DNA from: a virus
Taxonomy: Duplodnaviria; Caudoviricetes
IMG/VR virus record: IMGVR_UViG_2708742418_000007
Location: 1,077 to 65,076 of that record
Length of the DNA: 64,000 bases
Strand: one strand, 5' to 3'
Shown here piece by piece: positions 53,255-63,100 of the stretch (position 1 is the stretch's first letter; the number at the start of each line of letters is the position of its first letter). The position numbers were made by a program, and so were the translations under genes. The notes under the pieces were generated by a model. That model had not been told where the DNA came from, ran no database searches, and was given only the letters and a program-made list of their open reading frames with translations.

Positions 53255-55459
53255 TCAGTAGTAGGGAATGCGCCGCTGTTGGCCGTTGATGGCGAACTGC
53301 ATATATCCTGCAGGCGTTGTCGGCAGGACGCCGGCTCCGCCTGGACCAGGTGCTGCTGTCGTGACCGCCTGATTGCGTAGCTCGATAATGTTGCCGAGCC
53401 GCAATCCCATCCCGGTGCCGTCCTTGTCAGAGATATCCAGACCGAAGTTGCCATACTGGGATAGCCGCATGACGTTGGCGGCCGTCGGATCTCCAAACCA
53501 TAGTTCGCGAATGAATTTCAGGATGGCACGATCCGGATCCCCGCCACCGTATGGCTGCACGAAGTCAATCGTCGGAGCGGCGTCACCGAGTGAATATCCA
53601 CTCTTGGGAATACGGAAGGCGCTTGCCTTGACCTCACCTGCGGCGACATTGCGATAAACCTTGGTGCCGAAGGTTTCCAGTATGCCCAATTCCCCGTGCA
53701 ACAACTGCGCGACAAAGCGGTTTGCCGGTTCGAGCGGATGCGTGCCGTCGGTGATCCAGCCGAGGCGGACAAGTTCGGTGTAGTTGCGGCAGGCACGGTA
53801 GCCGTCGAAATAGGCGGCATAATTGGCCATCGCGTTGTCACGCCAGATCTTCTGGATCGCCAGCTGGGACGCTTCGGAGGTCACGTCGGGCAGAGAGCCG
53901 ATTACCAGCAGGGAGCAGGCCGGCAGGCTGGCGAAACGGCTGAAAGTCGCCGGGATATTGACCGCAGCGTTCTCTTCCTTCGCCTGGATGAACATGAGCT
54001 TGCAGTTAAACTCGGCCATCAGATACGCGAAAATCGCGTTCGAGGAATAGTTGTTGTTGCTGAGAATGCTGCCGCCGCGGCCAAAGCCCAGCGGGACGAT
54101 ACCGTGCGAGCGAAAACCGCCACAAAATCCACTGAGGACGACGACTTGCCCGCTCGCGGTGATCACCATCTTGTACTTGACGCTGGCTGACACGCTCCAT
54201 TGGACTTTTGCGCCGCCCAGCGCGCTGTCCGCCAGATTGATCGTCTGCGTGTCGATCACCGCATTGGTATCGCGATTGATCAACTGGACCGTCGCGGTGC
54301 CCATCCCAGGCCCCTTCGCGAAGTAGGCACGCATGGTGGCAAATCCGTTTTGCTGCCCCATGTCGATGGTCATTGTCGCTGCATCAAACAGCGTCAGATG
54401 TCCGCCGGAAGGAAGGTACGTGAAGTCCGCCTTGCCACCGGCGCCGTCGTTTGCGTACCAATCCACCACCGCGCTGCCGCTGTTAAAATAGGACCCCGTA
54501 AAGGTCGCTGGCGATGGGCCGGGGATTGAAAAGGAGGTGCCGCCGATCACGGCGCCCTGCGGGATCGCCTGGAAGATCTGCTGGACGAAAGACGCCCAGA
54601 CATGGGGCGAGACGCTGTCGCCGTAGTAGCCAATCCCGATGAAGCCAGAGGGGGAAGCTCCCGGCGAAATGCCCGGATTGTAGGTGTAGAGGGCGTTATA
54701 GAAATCCCTCAGATTATGCTTGCCCTCAAGCAGTGACACGCCTTCCAGCCGTGATGCCACCGTGGTGCGCTGCCGCTCGTACCCGATCATACCGGCGCCC
54801 AGCGCCGTGCTGGACTGGCTGGCGAGATCGGCCAGCGCGGCGCCCTGATAGACCTGCCAGCGAGGCGCGGCGAGATCCGTCGCAAAGGTGCCGGCCGTGT
54901 GCGCCACGGTGCAGATATACTGCACGCCGCCCTGCATCACGGTATCGCGCACCGCGTATGCGGTGCCTGTAGTCCAGGCGCCGCGATAATTGGTGATGAT
55001 CGCTGTCGCGGCCTCGATGCGATCCTCGGTCGCCTCGACGGCCGTGCGATGCGCCAGCGCCTCGGAGGCGGCCGCCTGCGCCACGATCCGATCGGCATCC
55101 GCCGCCGCCGCCGCCGCCTCGGCCGCCGCCTGTCCGGTATCCGATGGCAGATCGGCAACGCGCACCCAGGCGCCTGACTGGCGCTCATAGATGCCACGGT
55201 CGGCGCCGACGAGGGCTATACCCGTCTGCCCGTTGGATGCGCCGGTGACGGCATTCAGCGCGGCGTAGGAAACGCGGGCGTAATCCGCAGCCGAGACCAG
55301 CGCGATTGCGTTGAGTGCGGAGGCAATCGCGCCACTGCCGGCCAACTGCGTGGCGAGATCCTGGATCGCCTGCAGGCCGGTCGAATTAGCCCTGTTGACG
55401 ATGACTTCGTCGCTCATCGCAACGCGGTTCAGGTTGGTTGTTCTGGGGCCGTCTGCCAT
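53255..55459 (-). CDS. Tail fibre/spike with carbohydrate-binding and SGNH-like domains
   Basis: RGAWTTGTAYAVRDTV..YIC; YYGDS and DGTHP. Confidence 0.75.
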   Translation of the reverse strand: MADGPRTTNLNRVAMSDEVIVNRANSTGLQAIQDLATQLAGSGAIASALNAIALVSAADYARVSYAALNAVTGASNGQTGIALVGADRGIYERQSGAWVRVADLPSDTGQAAAEAAAAAADADRIVAQAAASEALAHRTAVEATEDRIEAATAIITNYRGAWTTGTAYAVRDTVMQGGVQYICTVAHTAGTFATDLAAPRWQVYQGAALADLASQSSTALGAGMIGYERQRTTVASRLEGVSLLEGKHNLRDFYNALYTYNPGISPGASPSGFIGIGYYGDSVSPHVWASFVQQIFQAIPQGAVIGGTSFSIPGPSPATFTGSYFNSGSAVVDWYANDGAGGKADFTYLPSGGHLTLFDAATMTIDMGQQNGFATMRAYFAKGPGMGTATVQLINRDTNAVIDTQTINLADSALGGAKVQWSVSASVKYKMVITASGQVVVLSGFCGGFRSHGIVPLGFGRGGSILSNNNYSSNAIFAYLMAEFNCKLMFIQAKEENAAVNIPATFSRFASLPACSLLVIGSLPDVTSEASQLAIQKIWRDNAMANYAAYFDGYRACRNYTELVRLGWITDGTHPLEPANRFVAQLLHGELGILETFGTKVYRNVAAGEVKASAFRIPKSGYSLGDAAPTIDFVQPYGGGDPDRAILKFIRELWFGDPTAANVMRLSQYGNFGLDISDKDGTGMGLRLGNIIELRNQAVTTAAPGPGGAGVLPTTPAGYMQFAINGQQRRIPYY

Positions 55460-55466
55460 GGTTACC

Positions 55467-58400
55467 TCAGCGGATGTTAACGGTGATTGGACCCGACAAA
55501 GGCCCCGGAAGGCCGTCGGAGTTTTGGGGCTCAAGCCAGATGTGATGGCTGCCCTGGGCGAGACAGGTCGCTGTTTCGAGGTAGGCGACGACATTGTCGA
55601 TCGATCCGTCGAAGGTGCTGCTCGCCAGGAACGATAGTGTGTCATTGCCGGCGGTCGCCTGGATGCGATCCGCGAAGATCCCGTTGTTCGATTGGCTTGT
55701 GCCTGCGCGGGTGGAAACGCCCGTCAGCCTGGGCGTCACCGTTCCGGCCGTGATGTCCGCCAGCAGCGCCGAGATGCGGTAGTACTTGCCGCTGACGGCT
55801 GCGAGCGGCTGACTGATCGCATCGGCTGTACCGGGCGTATGGCTTGCCTTGCCGTCAGCAATTGTCCAGCCCGCTGCAAGCGTCCATGTGCCGCTGTTGT
55901 CCATGCTGCCGTTGGTGAGCAGGTTTTCGCGCGTGGCGTCGCCGATCGGCTGCGAATAGGAACGCGACGGCACGACCTGGATCGGGCTGCCGACCGCATC
56001 TGTTGCCCGGTTAAGGATGGCGGAGGTGGAGCGGTAGATCTGCACCTGCGTCGTTGCGGTATCGTCCGAGGTCGACCACTGCACCACGGCGCCCCCGAGC
56101 AGCGGCCCGATCGAGATCATGCCGGCGTCGAGGGCGCCGGGTGCGGCCGCATCGCCATCACCCACCGTCACACTGACCACGGCCGTATAGGCGCCGACCG
56201 TGCCATCCTGTGCAATTGCGGCCGCGCGAAGCTGCACCACATTCCCGGTGGCATAGCCGGTTATTGTCGCCCCGCCGTTGGATGCCGGGATGTCGATCGG
56301 CGTCCAGGTGCTGGCGCCCGACAGCCGATGCTGTAGGCGATAGCTCGCCGTGATCACGGAGCCGGTGCCAGGCGTGATCAAAAGCGTGATCGCGCCAACC
56401 TGGCCCGTGCCGCTGAAGCCGGTCGCAATCGAGGTAATGCGCGGCGTCGGCGGCACGGCCGAACCAAGATCGATTTCCGAACCGACGCGACCGTTCCAGG
56501 CCGGCGGCACCTCCTCGTCGGTCAGTTCGTCGATGATCGGGGCTGCATCCACCATCCGGTAATGCACCGACATGTTCTCTCCGGCTTCCGCGTCGAGAAT
56601 AACGACGGGAAAGCTCTCGCTGGTCGATCGCCCGAAATGCACGATGTCGCCTACATCAGGCATGTCGCCACCTTCGTTCAGCAGCAGCAACCGCGTCTCG
56701 CCGGGGGACGTCGTGACGGTTCGCACGACGGACGTGCCGATCGTGTCCTCGGCATCGCCGAACACGCGAAACCGCACGGCATAGGTGACGCCGGCATCCA
56801 TGGTGACCGCGTCCGAAAGCTCGATCAGCCTCCCCTCGACTGAGCGGACGCGTGCGGTTGCCTGGGTGCGATCCAGGATGTCCATCGACAGCATGACGAG
56901 GTCACCGCGCGTTGCCACCCGCACCGGGCTGTCCTGCGAGGCCTCGTAAATGTCCGGGCGATAGAGTGCCTCGTACATGCGCCGGCGGGCCTCGCGCCAG
57001 ATCTCGGCGGGGTCGGTCTTGCCCGGCAGGTCGAGCGCTTCCGTCAGCGTGATCGGCCCGCTATGGCCCGGCCAGGGCACGAGCCGTTCGGCCGGCTTGT
57101 AGTCATTGGTGGCGTCGAGAAATTTCACCCGGAAGCCATGCGGGGGCCGGATATAGGTGCGGGTGGCGCGCATGTTATAGGCGTTGCGCGGGTTGATGTG
57201 ATCGACGACCAGCGTCTGCGGCCGGTCGATCACGACGCCCCAGCGCATGCCGTCATGCCGCTTGGTGGCACGGCCGGCGGCGGCAACCTGTCTCAGCACG
57301 TCGCCGATCGACAGGGATGGATCGTCGATGACCGCATCGAACTTGAGACCCTTGACCCGGCAGAAGTCATGCCAGTCGGCCAGCTGATCGAGATCGATGC
57401 CGGCATCACTGGCGGGGCGCGGGTTGGCGGGTGATTGCAGCACGTAGCGATAGATCGATGCCGGATTGCTGGTCGCCCGTTCGATCCAGGAGCCTGTCGT
57501 GTGGTCGTAGTCGAGGCAGATGCGCGAGGCCACGGCGCTGAAATTGTCCAGCTGTCCGTTCAGTTGATGGGTGGCCTTGATGCGCAGGCCGACCAGGGCC
57601 AAAGGCTTGCCGAAGGCGATCGGATATTCCGGGCGGATGGTCTGCAGCGCTGCCCAGGTGGTGCGTTGCTGAACCTTGATGTCGGTCGCCTCCGGCGTCA
57701 GCATGATGACGCGGATCTCCCATCGGCCGCGCGTGGGGAATGTCCAGCTGTGCTGGCGATAGAAGGCTTCCAGTGACCGCGCGGTGACATTGAGCGTCGT
57801 CACATCCGTCCAGGCGGCGCCATCGTCCGGCGTGACCAGCCGGTGCTGGATCTTCAGCGAGACGGTCGTGGCATTGGTGCCGCCCTTGTCGTTGCTGGCA
57901 TAGAGGCCGGCCGGCCAGCCAAAGATGATCGAGGCGCCGGAGGCGTCCGCACCGGTGGTGCGCGTTACCGGCGTCTCTTTTGCCGCGCTGCCGCTGATGA
58001 TCTCGCCGAGGTCGTCGCGCGGATAGGGGCGCGTCAGTTCGGCGCCGATGGTTTCCTCGGCCACCTGGCGGGGGAACAGCGAGATTGGCGGATCACTGGA
58101 AAGACCTTCGGTCGCCTCGGTCGAAAGCTCGTCATATTCCGAGATTGACGTTTCGCCGATCTGCATGCCGCTGAGAGGCAGGCGCCCGTATCCGAAATTG
58201 AACAGCGAGCGGATATAGAGCCAGTTGCCGACGATCTCGCTATGCGACAGCGCGCCGAAGGGCGGGGCATAGCGGATCCTGCCCAGCACGACCGGGACTG
58301 CGCCTTCACGGTCGAGGCGGTTGCGCCAGCCGCTGATCGCATAGCGGTTCTCGCGTTCCTGTGTTTGCGGCTTTTCCGGCGGGATGAGCGCATTGATCAG

Positions 58401-58820
58401 GAGATTGCCGAGGACGGAAACGCCGATGCCGATCAGGCCGGATACCACCGAAAACCCGATGGTGCCGCTGACAAAGCCGAGGCTGGCCGCCCAGAACTGG
58501 CCGAGCGCGATCGCCGCGATCGAGACGACGATCTGCAGGATCGAGCGGAGCGCGTTCTTGCCGGGTATGACACGGATGACGACGCGCACGCCGGCATGCG
58601 GATAGGCCCGGTGCCAGATCGCCGGCGGCACGATCTGGACGCCGCGATCGTTGACCAGCGCCACGCGGATATATTCGCGGCCGATGGCCCGATCGGGCAG
58701 TACCTGGTCGACGATCTCGGCGATCGTCATGCCTTCGGGAAACTCTGCCGTGATGCGACCATGACCGGGATCGAGCGCCGGCGCGGCGAGGACGGAAACG
58801 AGGCCCTTCCGCTTACTCAT
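55467..58820 (-). CDS. Tail tip / host-specificity protein (TipJ-like)
   Basis: VPVVLG, IKATHQLNG, TSNPA; FN3-like C-terminus. Confidence 0.88.
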   Translation of the reverse strand: MSKRKGLVSVLAAPALDPGHGRITAEFPEGMTIAEIVDQVLPDRAIGREYIRVALVNDRGVQIVPPAIWHRAYPHAGVRVVIRVIPGKNALRSILQIVVSIAAIALGQFWAASLGFVSGTIGFSVVSGLIGIGVSVLGNLLINALIPPEKPQTQERENRYAISGWRNRLDREGAVPVVLGRIRYAPPFGALSHSEIVGNWLYIRSLFNFGYGRLPLSGMQIGETSISEYDELSTEATEGLSSDPPISLFPRQVAEETIGAELTRPYPRDDLGEIISGSAAKETPVTRTTGADASGASIIFGWPAGLYASNDKGGTNATTVSLKIQHRLVTPDDGAAWTDVTTLNVTARSLEAFYRQHSWTFPTRGRWEIRVIMLTPEATDIKVQQRTTWAALQTIRPEYPIAFGKPLALVGLRIKATHQLNGQLDNFSAVASRICLDYDHTTGSWIERATSNPASIYRYVLQSPANPRPASDAGIDLDQLADWHDFCRVKGLKFDAVIDDPSLSIGDVLRQVAAAGRATKRHDGMRWGVVIDRPQTLVVDHINPRNAYNMRATRTYIRPPHGFRVKFLDATNDYKPAERLVPWPGHSGPITLTEALDLPGKTDPAEIWREARRRMYEALYRPDIYEASQDSPVRVATRGDLVMLSMDILDRTQATARVRSVEGRLIELSDAVTMDAGVTYAVRFRVFGDAEDTIGTSVVRTVTTSPGETRLLLLNEGGDMPDVGDIVHFGRSTSESFPVVILDAEAGENMSVHYRMVDAAPIIDELTDEEVPPAWNGRVGSEIDLGSAVPPTPRITSIATGFSGTGQVGAITLLITPGTGSVITASYRLQHRLSGASTWTPIDIPASNGGATITGYATGNVVQLRAAAIAQDGTVGAYTAVVSVTVGDGDAAAPGALDAGMISIGPLLGGAVVQWSTSDDTATTQVQIYRSTSAILNRATDAVGSPIQVVPSRSYSQPIGDATRENLLTNGSMDNSGTWTLAAGWTIADGKASHTPGTADAISQPLAAVSGKYYRISALLADITAGTVTPRLTGVSTRAGTSQSNNGIFADRIQATAGNDTLSFLASSTFDGSIDNVVAYLETATCLAQGSHHIWLEPQNSDGLPGPLSGPITVNIR

Positions 58821-59239
58821 CGAACTGCCCTCGAAAGGCGTTCGATGTGCCTGTAAACGCCCGTCAAACGATGGCGCCACGGATGCGCCAGATAGCTCTC
58901 GACCTTGGCGCAATCCTCACCGGCCGCATGCAGCATCAGGCCGTGCTGCACGACGATGCCAACATGGCTGTCGAGACGGCCGCGCCGGAACACCGCCAGA
59001 TCGAAGGGTTCGACCGGTCCGGTAACCGGCAGCCAGACCGGCGACGCCTTGGCATCGGCAACGAGCGCCGCAATCTCGGCATGTTCGTCGACGGACGTGT
59101 AACCGAGGTAATCTGGAAGGCTGATCTGCAATTCCTCGCGATAGACGAGGCAGGCCAGCCCCCAGCAGTCGCAGCCGGAGCGGTCGCGGCCGAAGGCGGC
59201 AAACGGCAATCCGACGAAATGGTTCGTCCAATCGGTCAT
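58817..59239 (-). CDS. NlpC/P60 tail peptidase
   Basis: GCDCWGL, HVGI, MLH. Confidence 0.9.
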   Translation of the reverse strand: MTDWTNHFVGLPFAAFGRDRSGCDCWGLACLVYREELQISLPDYLGYTSVDEHAEIAALVADAKASPVWLPVTGPVEPFDLAVFRRGRLDSHVGIVVQHGLMLHAAGEDCAKVESYLAHPWRHRLTGVYRHIERLSRAVR

Positions 59240-59760
59240 AGGTAAAGCCCCGGAAACCCGTCGCGGCTCATGCGGCCGCCCGGAAAATATTCGTTTTCGA
59301 TTTCTTCGCGCGTGATCGACAGCTTGATCTCGCCGGCATCGATCTCGGCCGAGATGATTTCGAGGTCGGTGTATTCAAGCTCGATGAGGTTCGGCGACGA
59401 GGCCAGCACCACGGCCATGTGGATCGTTGCGATGTCGACAAAGGAGCGGACGAGGCGCGCCATGTCGGCATCCAGATTTTCGAGAATGAGCGTTGCCGAG
59501 GCCGGTGCGTCCTCCTGGTCGGATGGCAGCACCGTCGAGGCGACGACCCAGAGGAATGGTTCCGTGACAGGATTGGCGCCGCGCCAGGTGGAGCGGGTGC
59601 CGTAATAGAGCGGATCGTCCGAAAGACGTTCGGTGTTGTCGGTGGACAGCCGGATTGGCTGCGTCAGTTGCGGATGGTTGATCTCGAACAGCACGACATA
59701 AAGCTCGGCCGTGGCTTCCGCATCCTGGGCTAGGCGGGCGTTCAGCGAAACGCGTCTCAT
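59236..59760 (-). CDS. DUF1833-type tail tip protein
   Basis: INHPQL..PIRL, LPSD, FPGL. Confidence 0.8.
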   Translation of the reverse strand: MRRVSLNARLAQDAEATAELYVVLFEINHPQLTQPIRLSTDNTERLSDDPLYYGTRSTWRGANPVTEPFLWVVASTVLPSDQEDAPASATLILENLDADMARLVRSFVDIATIHMAVVLASSPNLIELEYTDLEIISAEIDAGEIKLSITREEIENEYFPGGRMSRDGFPGLYL

Positions 59761-60179
59761 GGCATCACCTCGACCGTGAAGGTCTTGCGGAAGTCGATCC
59801 CGACAATGGTTTCCGTGGGCAACTGGTCGCCGAAGGTGCACAGCCACATCGCCGCGATCAGCATCGGCTGGTCGTCACTGGTCAGCAGCAGCGAGCCGCC
59901 ACTTGTGCGCAGCGCCCAGCCGTCCGTCGTCGGGTCCGGCATGCGAAACAGCAGCGAGCCCTTCTTCGTGTCATGTTCGAAGAAATTGTCGAACCGTGCC
60001 CGCTGATCGGCATCGAGCAGCACGGAGAGGGTGACAACCTTGGCAACGTTGGAGAAGCGGCGGCGGTAGCCGGCCGGTCCCGCATCGGAGGCGCGGCGCA
60101 GGCGTGCCTCCTGCGGCAGCGACGACCAGGTGGCGCGTTCGGGCTTGGGCAGTTCGGCCGGCCAGGTGGCAATCGTCAT
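59757..60179 (-). CDS. Distal tail protein
   Basis: WPAELP, RRRF, GSLLFRMPDP; follows the TMP. Confidence 0.75.
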   Translation of the reverse strand: MTIATWPAELPKPERATWSSLPQEARLRRASDAGPAGYRRRFSNVAKVVTLSVLLDADQRARFDNFFEHDTKKGSLLFRMPDPTTDGWALRTSGGSLLLTSDDQPMLIAAMWLCTFGDQLPTETIVGIDFRKTFTVEVMP

Positions 60180-63100
60180 CGGGCCACCCTCTGCGGCTTC
60201 ACGCCGAATTCGGTCTGCAGCGAACGCCGCAGCGGGTTGCCACGCTGGGCCACGGCGGCCGAGGTGATCTGTCCGACCTGGATCACGGTCTGCCGGCGGC
60301 CCTGCGGGTCGGTCCGCTCCTCTGCCTGCACCTGGTCGCGGCCGTAATTGTGGATGACAATCGAAGAGCCACGATCGCTGGAACCGGACGAATAGGGATC
60401 AGCCGTCCGGGCGTTGCTGTTGGCGCTGGCATAGACCGGGGCGATCGAGCCGACATAGCCACCGGTGTCGAAGCCGGTCTTCCCGCCGCCGCGCACCATG
60501 CGCCGCAATGCATCGAGATTGTGGACGCCGATCGCGGCCGTCGAAATGGCATCGAAGACATATTCCTTCTCGTGCACGAGCCCGGCAACGCGTGCGGGGT
60601 CGGAACCGCCGGTGGCTCCGCCGCTGGAATAGCCCCGGACCAGGAAGGAGCCGAGCGTGGTGTTGGCGGCCCAGGCCGAGCTGGTCGGCGCGACGCCGCC
60701 GAACAGTCGGCCGATCCCGCCGAGCAGCGACGACCAGAAGCCGCCGCCAGCCGAGGCGCCGCCATTCGCTGCAATATTTCCGATCTGCCCAAGGCCGTTT
60801 GCGAGTTGCCCGAGCCCATTGCCGAAGACGCCGAGATTTTGCGTCGCGGCGCCTGAGGTGCCGGCGAGCGAGGCCAGCGACGATGCGGCTTCCGTTGCCC
60901 GGCGGATCTGCAGTTCGGACGCATTGATCCAGCTGGTCGTTACCGAATCCTGCTGATTGCCCGACAGCATCTGGAACTGCTGCTGACCACCGAACAGGCG
61001 GCTGGCGCCGGTGGCAAAGCCGACATGCCCGCCCGTATTGCCAGCGCCGAGGCCGCGCGTCTGCAGCAGGATGTCGCCGCGCATCAACTGGGACGGATCG
61101 ATCGCGCGGCCCCAGTTCTGGAAGGCGTTCGCGGTCAGTGATCCCGTGCCGTCTATACCGACCTGCTTCAGGGCCGAGTTGACGAAGCCGGCACACCAGG
61201 CCGTGGTCGCGGCATCGATGTCGACACCTCCGGCCCGCAGGAAGGAATTGATATCGGTCCGCTGGCTCACCTCGTTGGCGCCGATCAGGCCCATGGCCTT
61301 GTCAACTGCGCTCGACGCCAGCCCACCGGCGACATTGCTGTTGGCTGCCCCGCCGATCAGGCCGCCTGCGCTGCCGAGCCCGGAGCCGAGGCCGCCATTG
61401 ATGACGACGGTGCCTGCCATGACCGACATGGAGCCGACGCTGCGGCCCATGGCGTTGGAGACGATGACGCTCGGATCTGCAGGCGTCGCGCCGCCGAACA
61501 GGCGACCGATGATCCCGCCGATGCCGCCGAGATCCGAGAGCGTGCCTTTGTCTGTCCCGAGCATGGCATTCTTCAGCGGCGTCTTGATGCCGATATCGAT
61601 CAGCGTCCCGGAAATATCCTTGGCGATGCCCTCGAGCGCGCCGGAGATGTCGCCGCTCGAAAGCCCGTCTACGATCCCGTCAATGGCGTTTTCGGCGCTG
61701 CCCTGCACCTTACCCCAGGCATCGGCCTGCTTTTCGATCTGCCGGTTCATCACCGCCATGGCATCCGCCTCGGCGCGGATCTGCGCTGCAAGGCCACTGT
61801 TTGATGCAAGACCGCGCCGGCGGATTTCCTGTTCGGCTTCCAAGAGGGCGATCGAGCGTTCCCGCACAGTGTCGTTTGCGCCGATCAGCGACTGTTCGAC
61901 ACGCAGCTTTTCTATGCGCTCGTTCTGGCCGCGCAGGTATTCCTGTGCGGACGCCAGCTTCTCCTGCTCGGCAAGACCGGCATATCCGGCGCGGAGATCA
62001 GCGATCTGCTGGTTGAGCCGCTGTTTCGCATCCCCTTCTGCTACGGCCGCTGCGGCAATCAGGGGCCGTAGCGTCAGTTCTTCCTGGAGCATCCGGTTCG
62101 CGTCGGCGGTTGTGATGGAGCCGGCATTCACGAGTCCATTCAGCCGAATGCGGGTCTCCAGTTCCGTCCGCATATCCTGCGCTTGGGTACGCGCATTGCC
62201 GATCGTTTCCGCGATCACGCGGTTGCGCGCCCGCGCCGCCTCGATCTCGATCGATGTTGCCGCATTCTCCTCGCCGGCCATCTCCAGGCGGGTGCGCCGC
62301 GCCTCAAGGTCGGCCCGCACCAGCGGATTGCGTTCGGTCTGGATCTGGATGTCCAGTCGGTCCAGTTCGGCCAGGCGCTGCTGCCGGTTGACGAGACTGT
62401 CCAGCACCCGCTGCTTGGCCTCGAGCGTTGCGGTGCGTTCGTCCTCGTTGATGCCCGTGAGGCCGGCGCCGCTCTGAAGCGTCGCGATTTCGTTTTGCAG
62501 GGTCTGGATACGGCGGCGATCGGAACCGGCGCCGGACGTGTCGATCACGGATGTCACGGCACGGCTGCGGGCGATCTCTTCCGCCTGACGCCGGCGGGCG
62601 GCTTCCTGTGCGTCGCGCTGCTGGATCTGCTCTTCCAGTTCCTGCACGCGTGTCGCGGCGCGCGCCTGCAGCATGCCGCTGGGTGACAGGAGGCTGAGGA
62701 CGCCGGACGGACCGGACTGCAGTTGCGCCAGGGCCTTTCGTGCTTCGGCGAGCTGCTCGTCAAGGGAGGGACCGGAAAGGGCGCGATCGACTGCTCGGCC
62801 GAGCGCGTCATAGGCATTGCCGGCAGCCGTCGAGACGGTTGACCACGCCCGGCCGAGCGCGGTCGTCGCCTCTGTCGCGCTGGCAAGGCGCCGCGGCAGC
62901 GCATCGAGCAGCACCGCCTGCGCCTCCGAGACCCGGTTCTGCTGGGCAAGGTTCGTCGCCTGACGTGCGGTCGCCGCGCTGATCAGGCCGTATTGCTGAT
63001 AGAGCGTCTGGGCAGCCCTGGCCGGGTCGGCGAACATTTCTGCCAGCGCATCGCCGGCCGAGGCGGCATCAAGCCCGATCGTGGCGCCAAAGTCCTTGCT

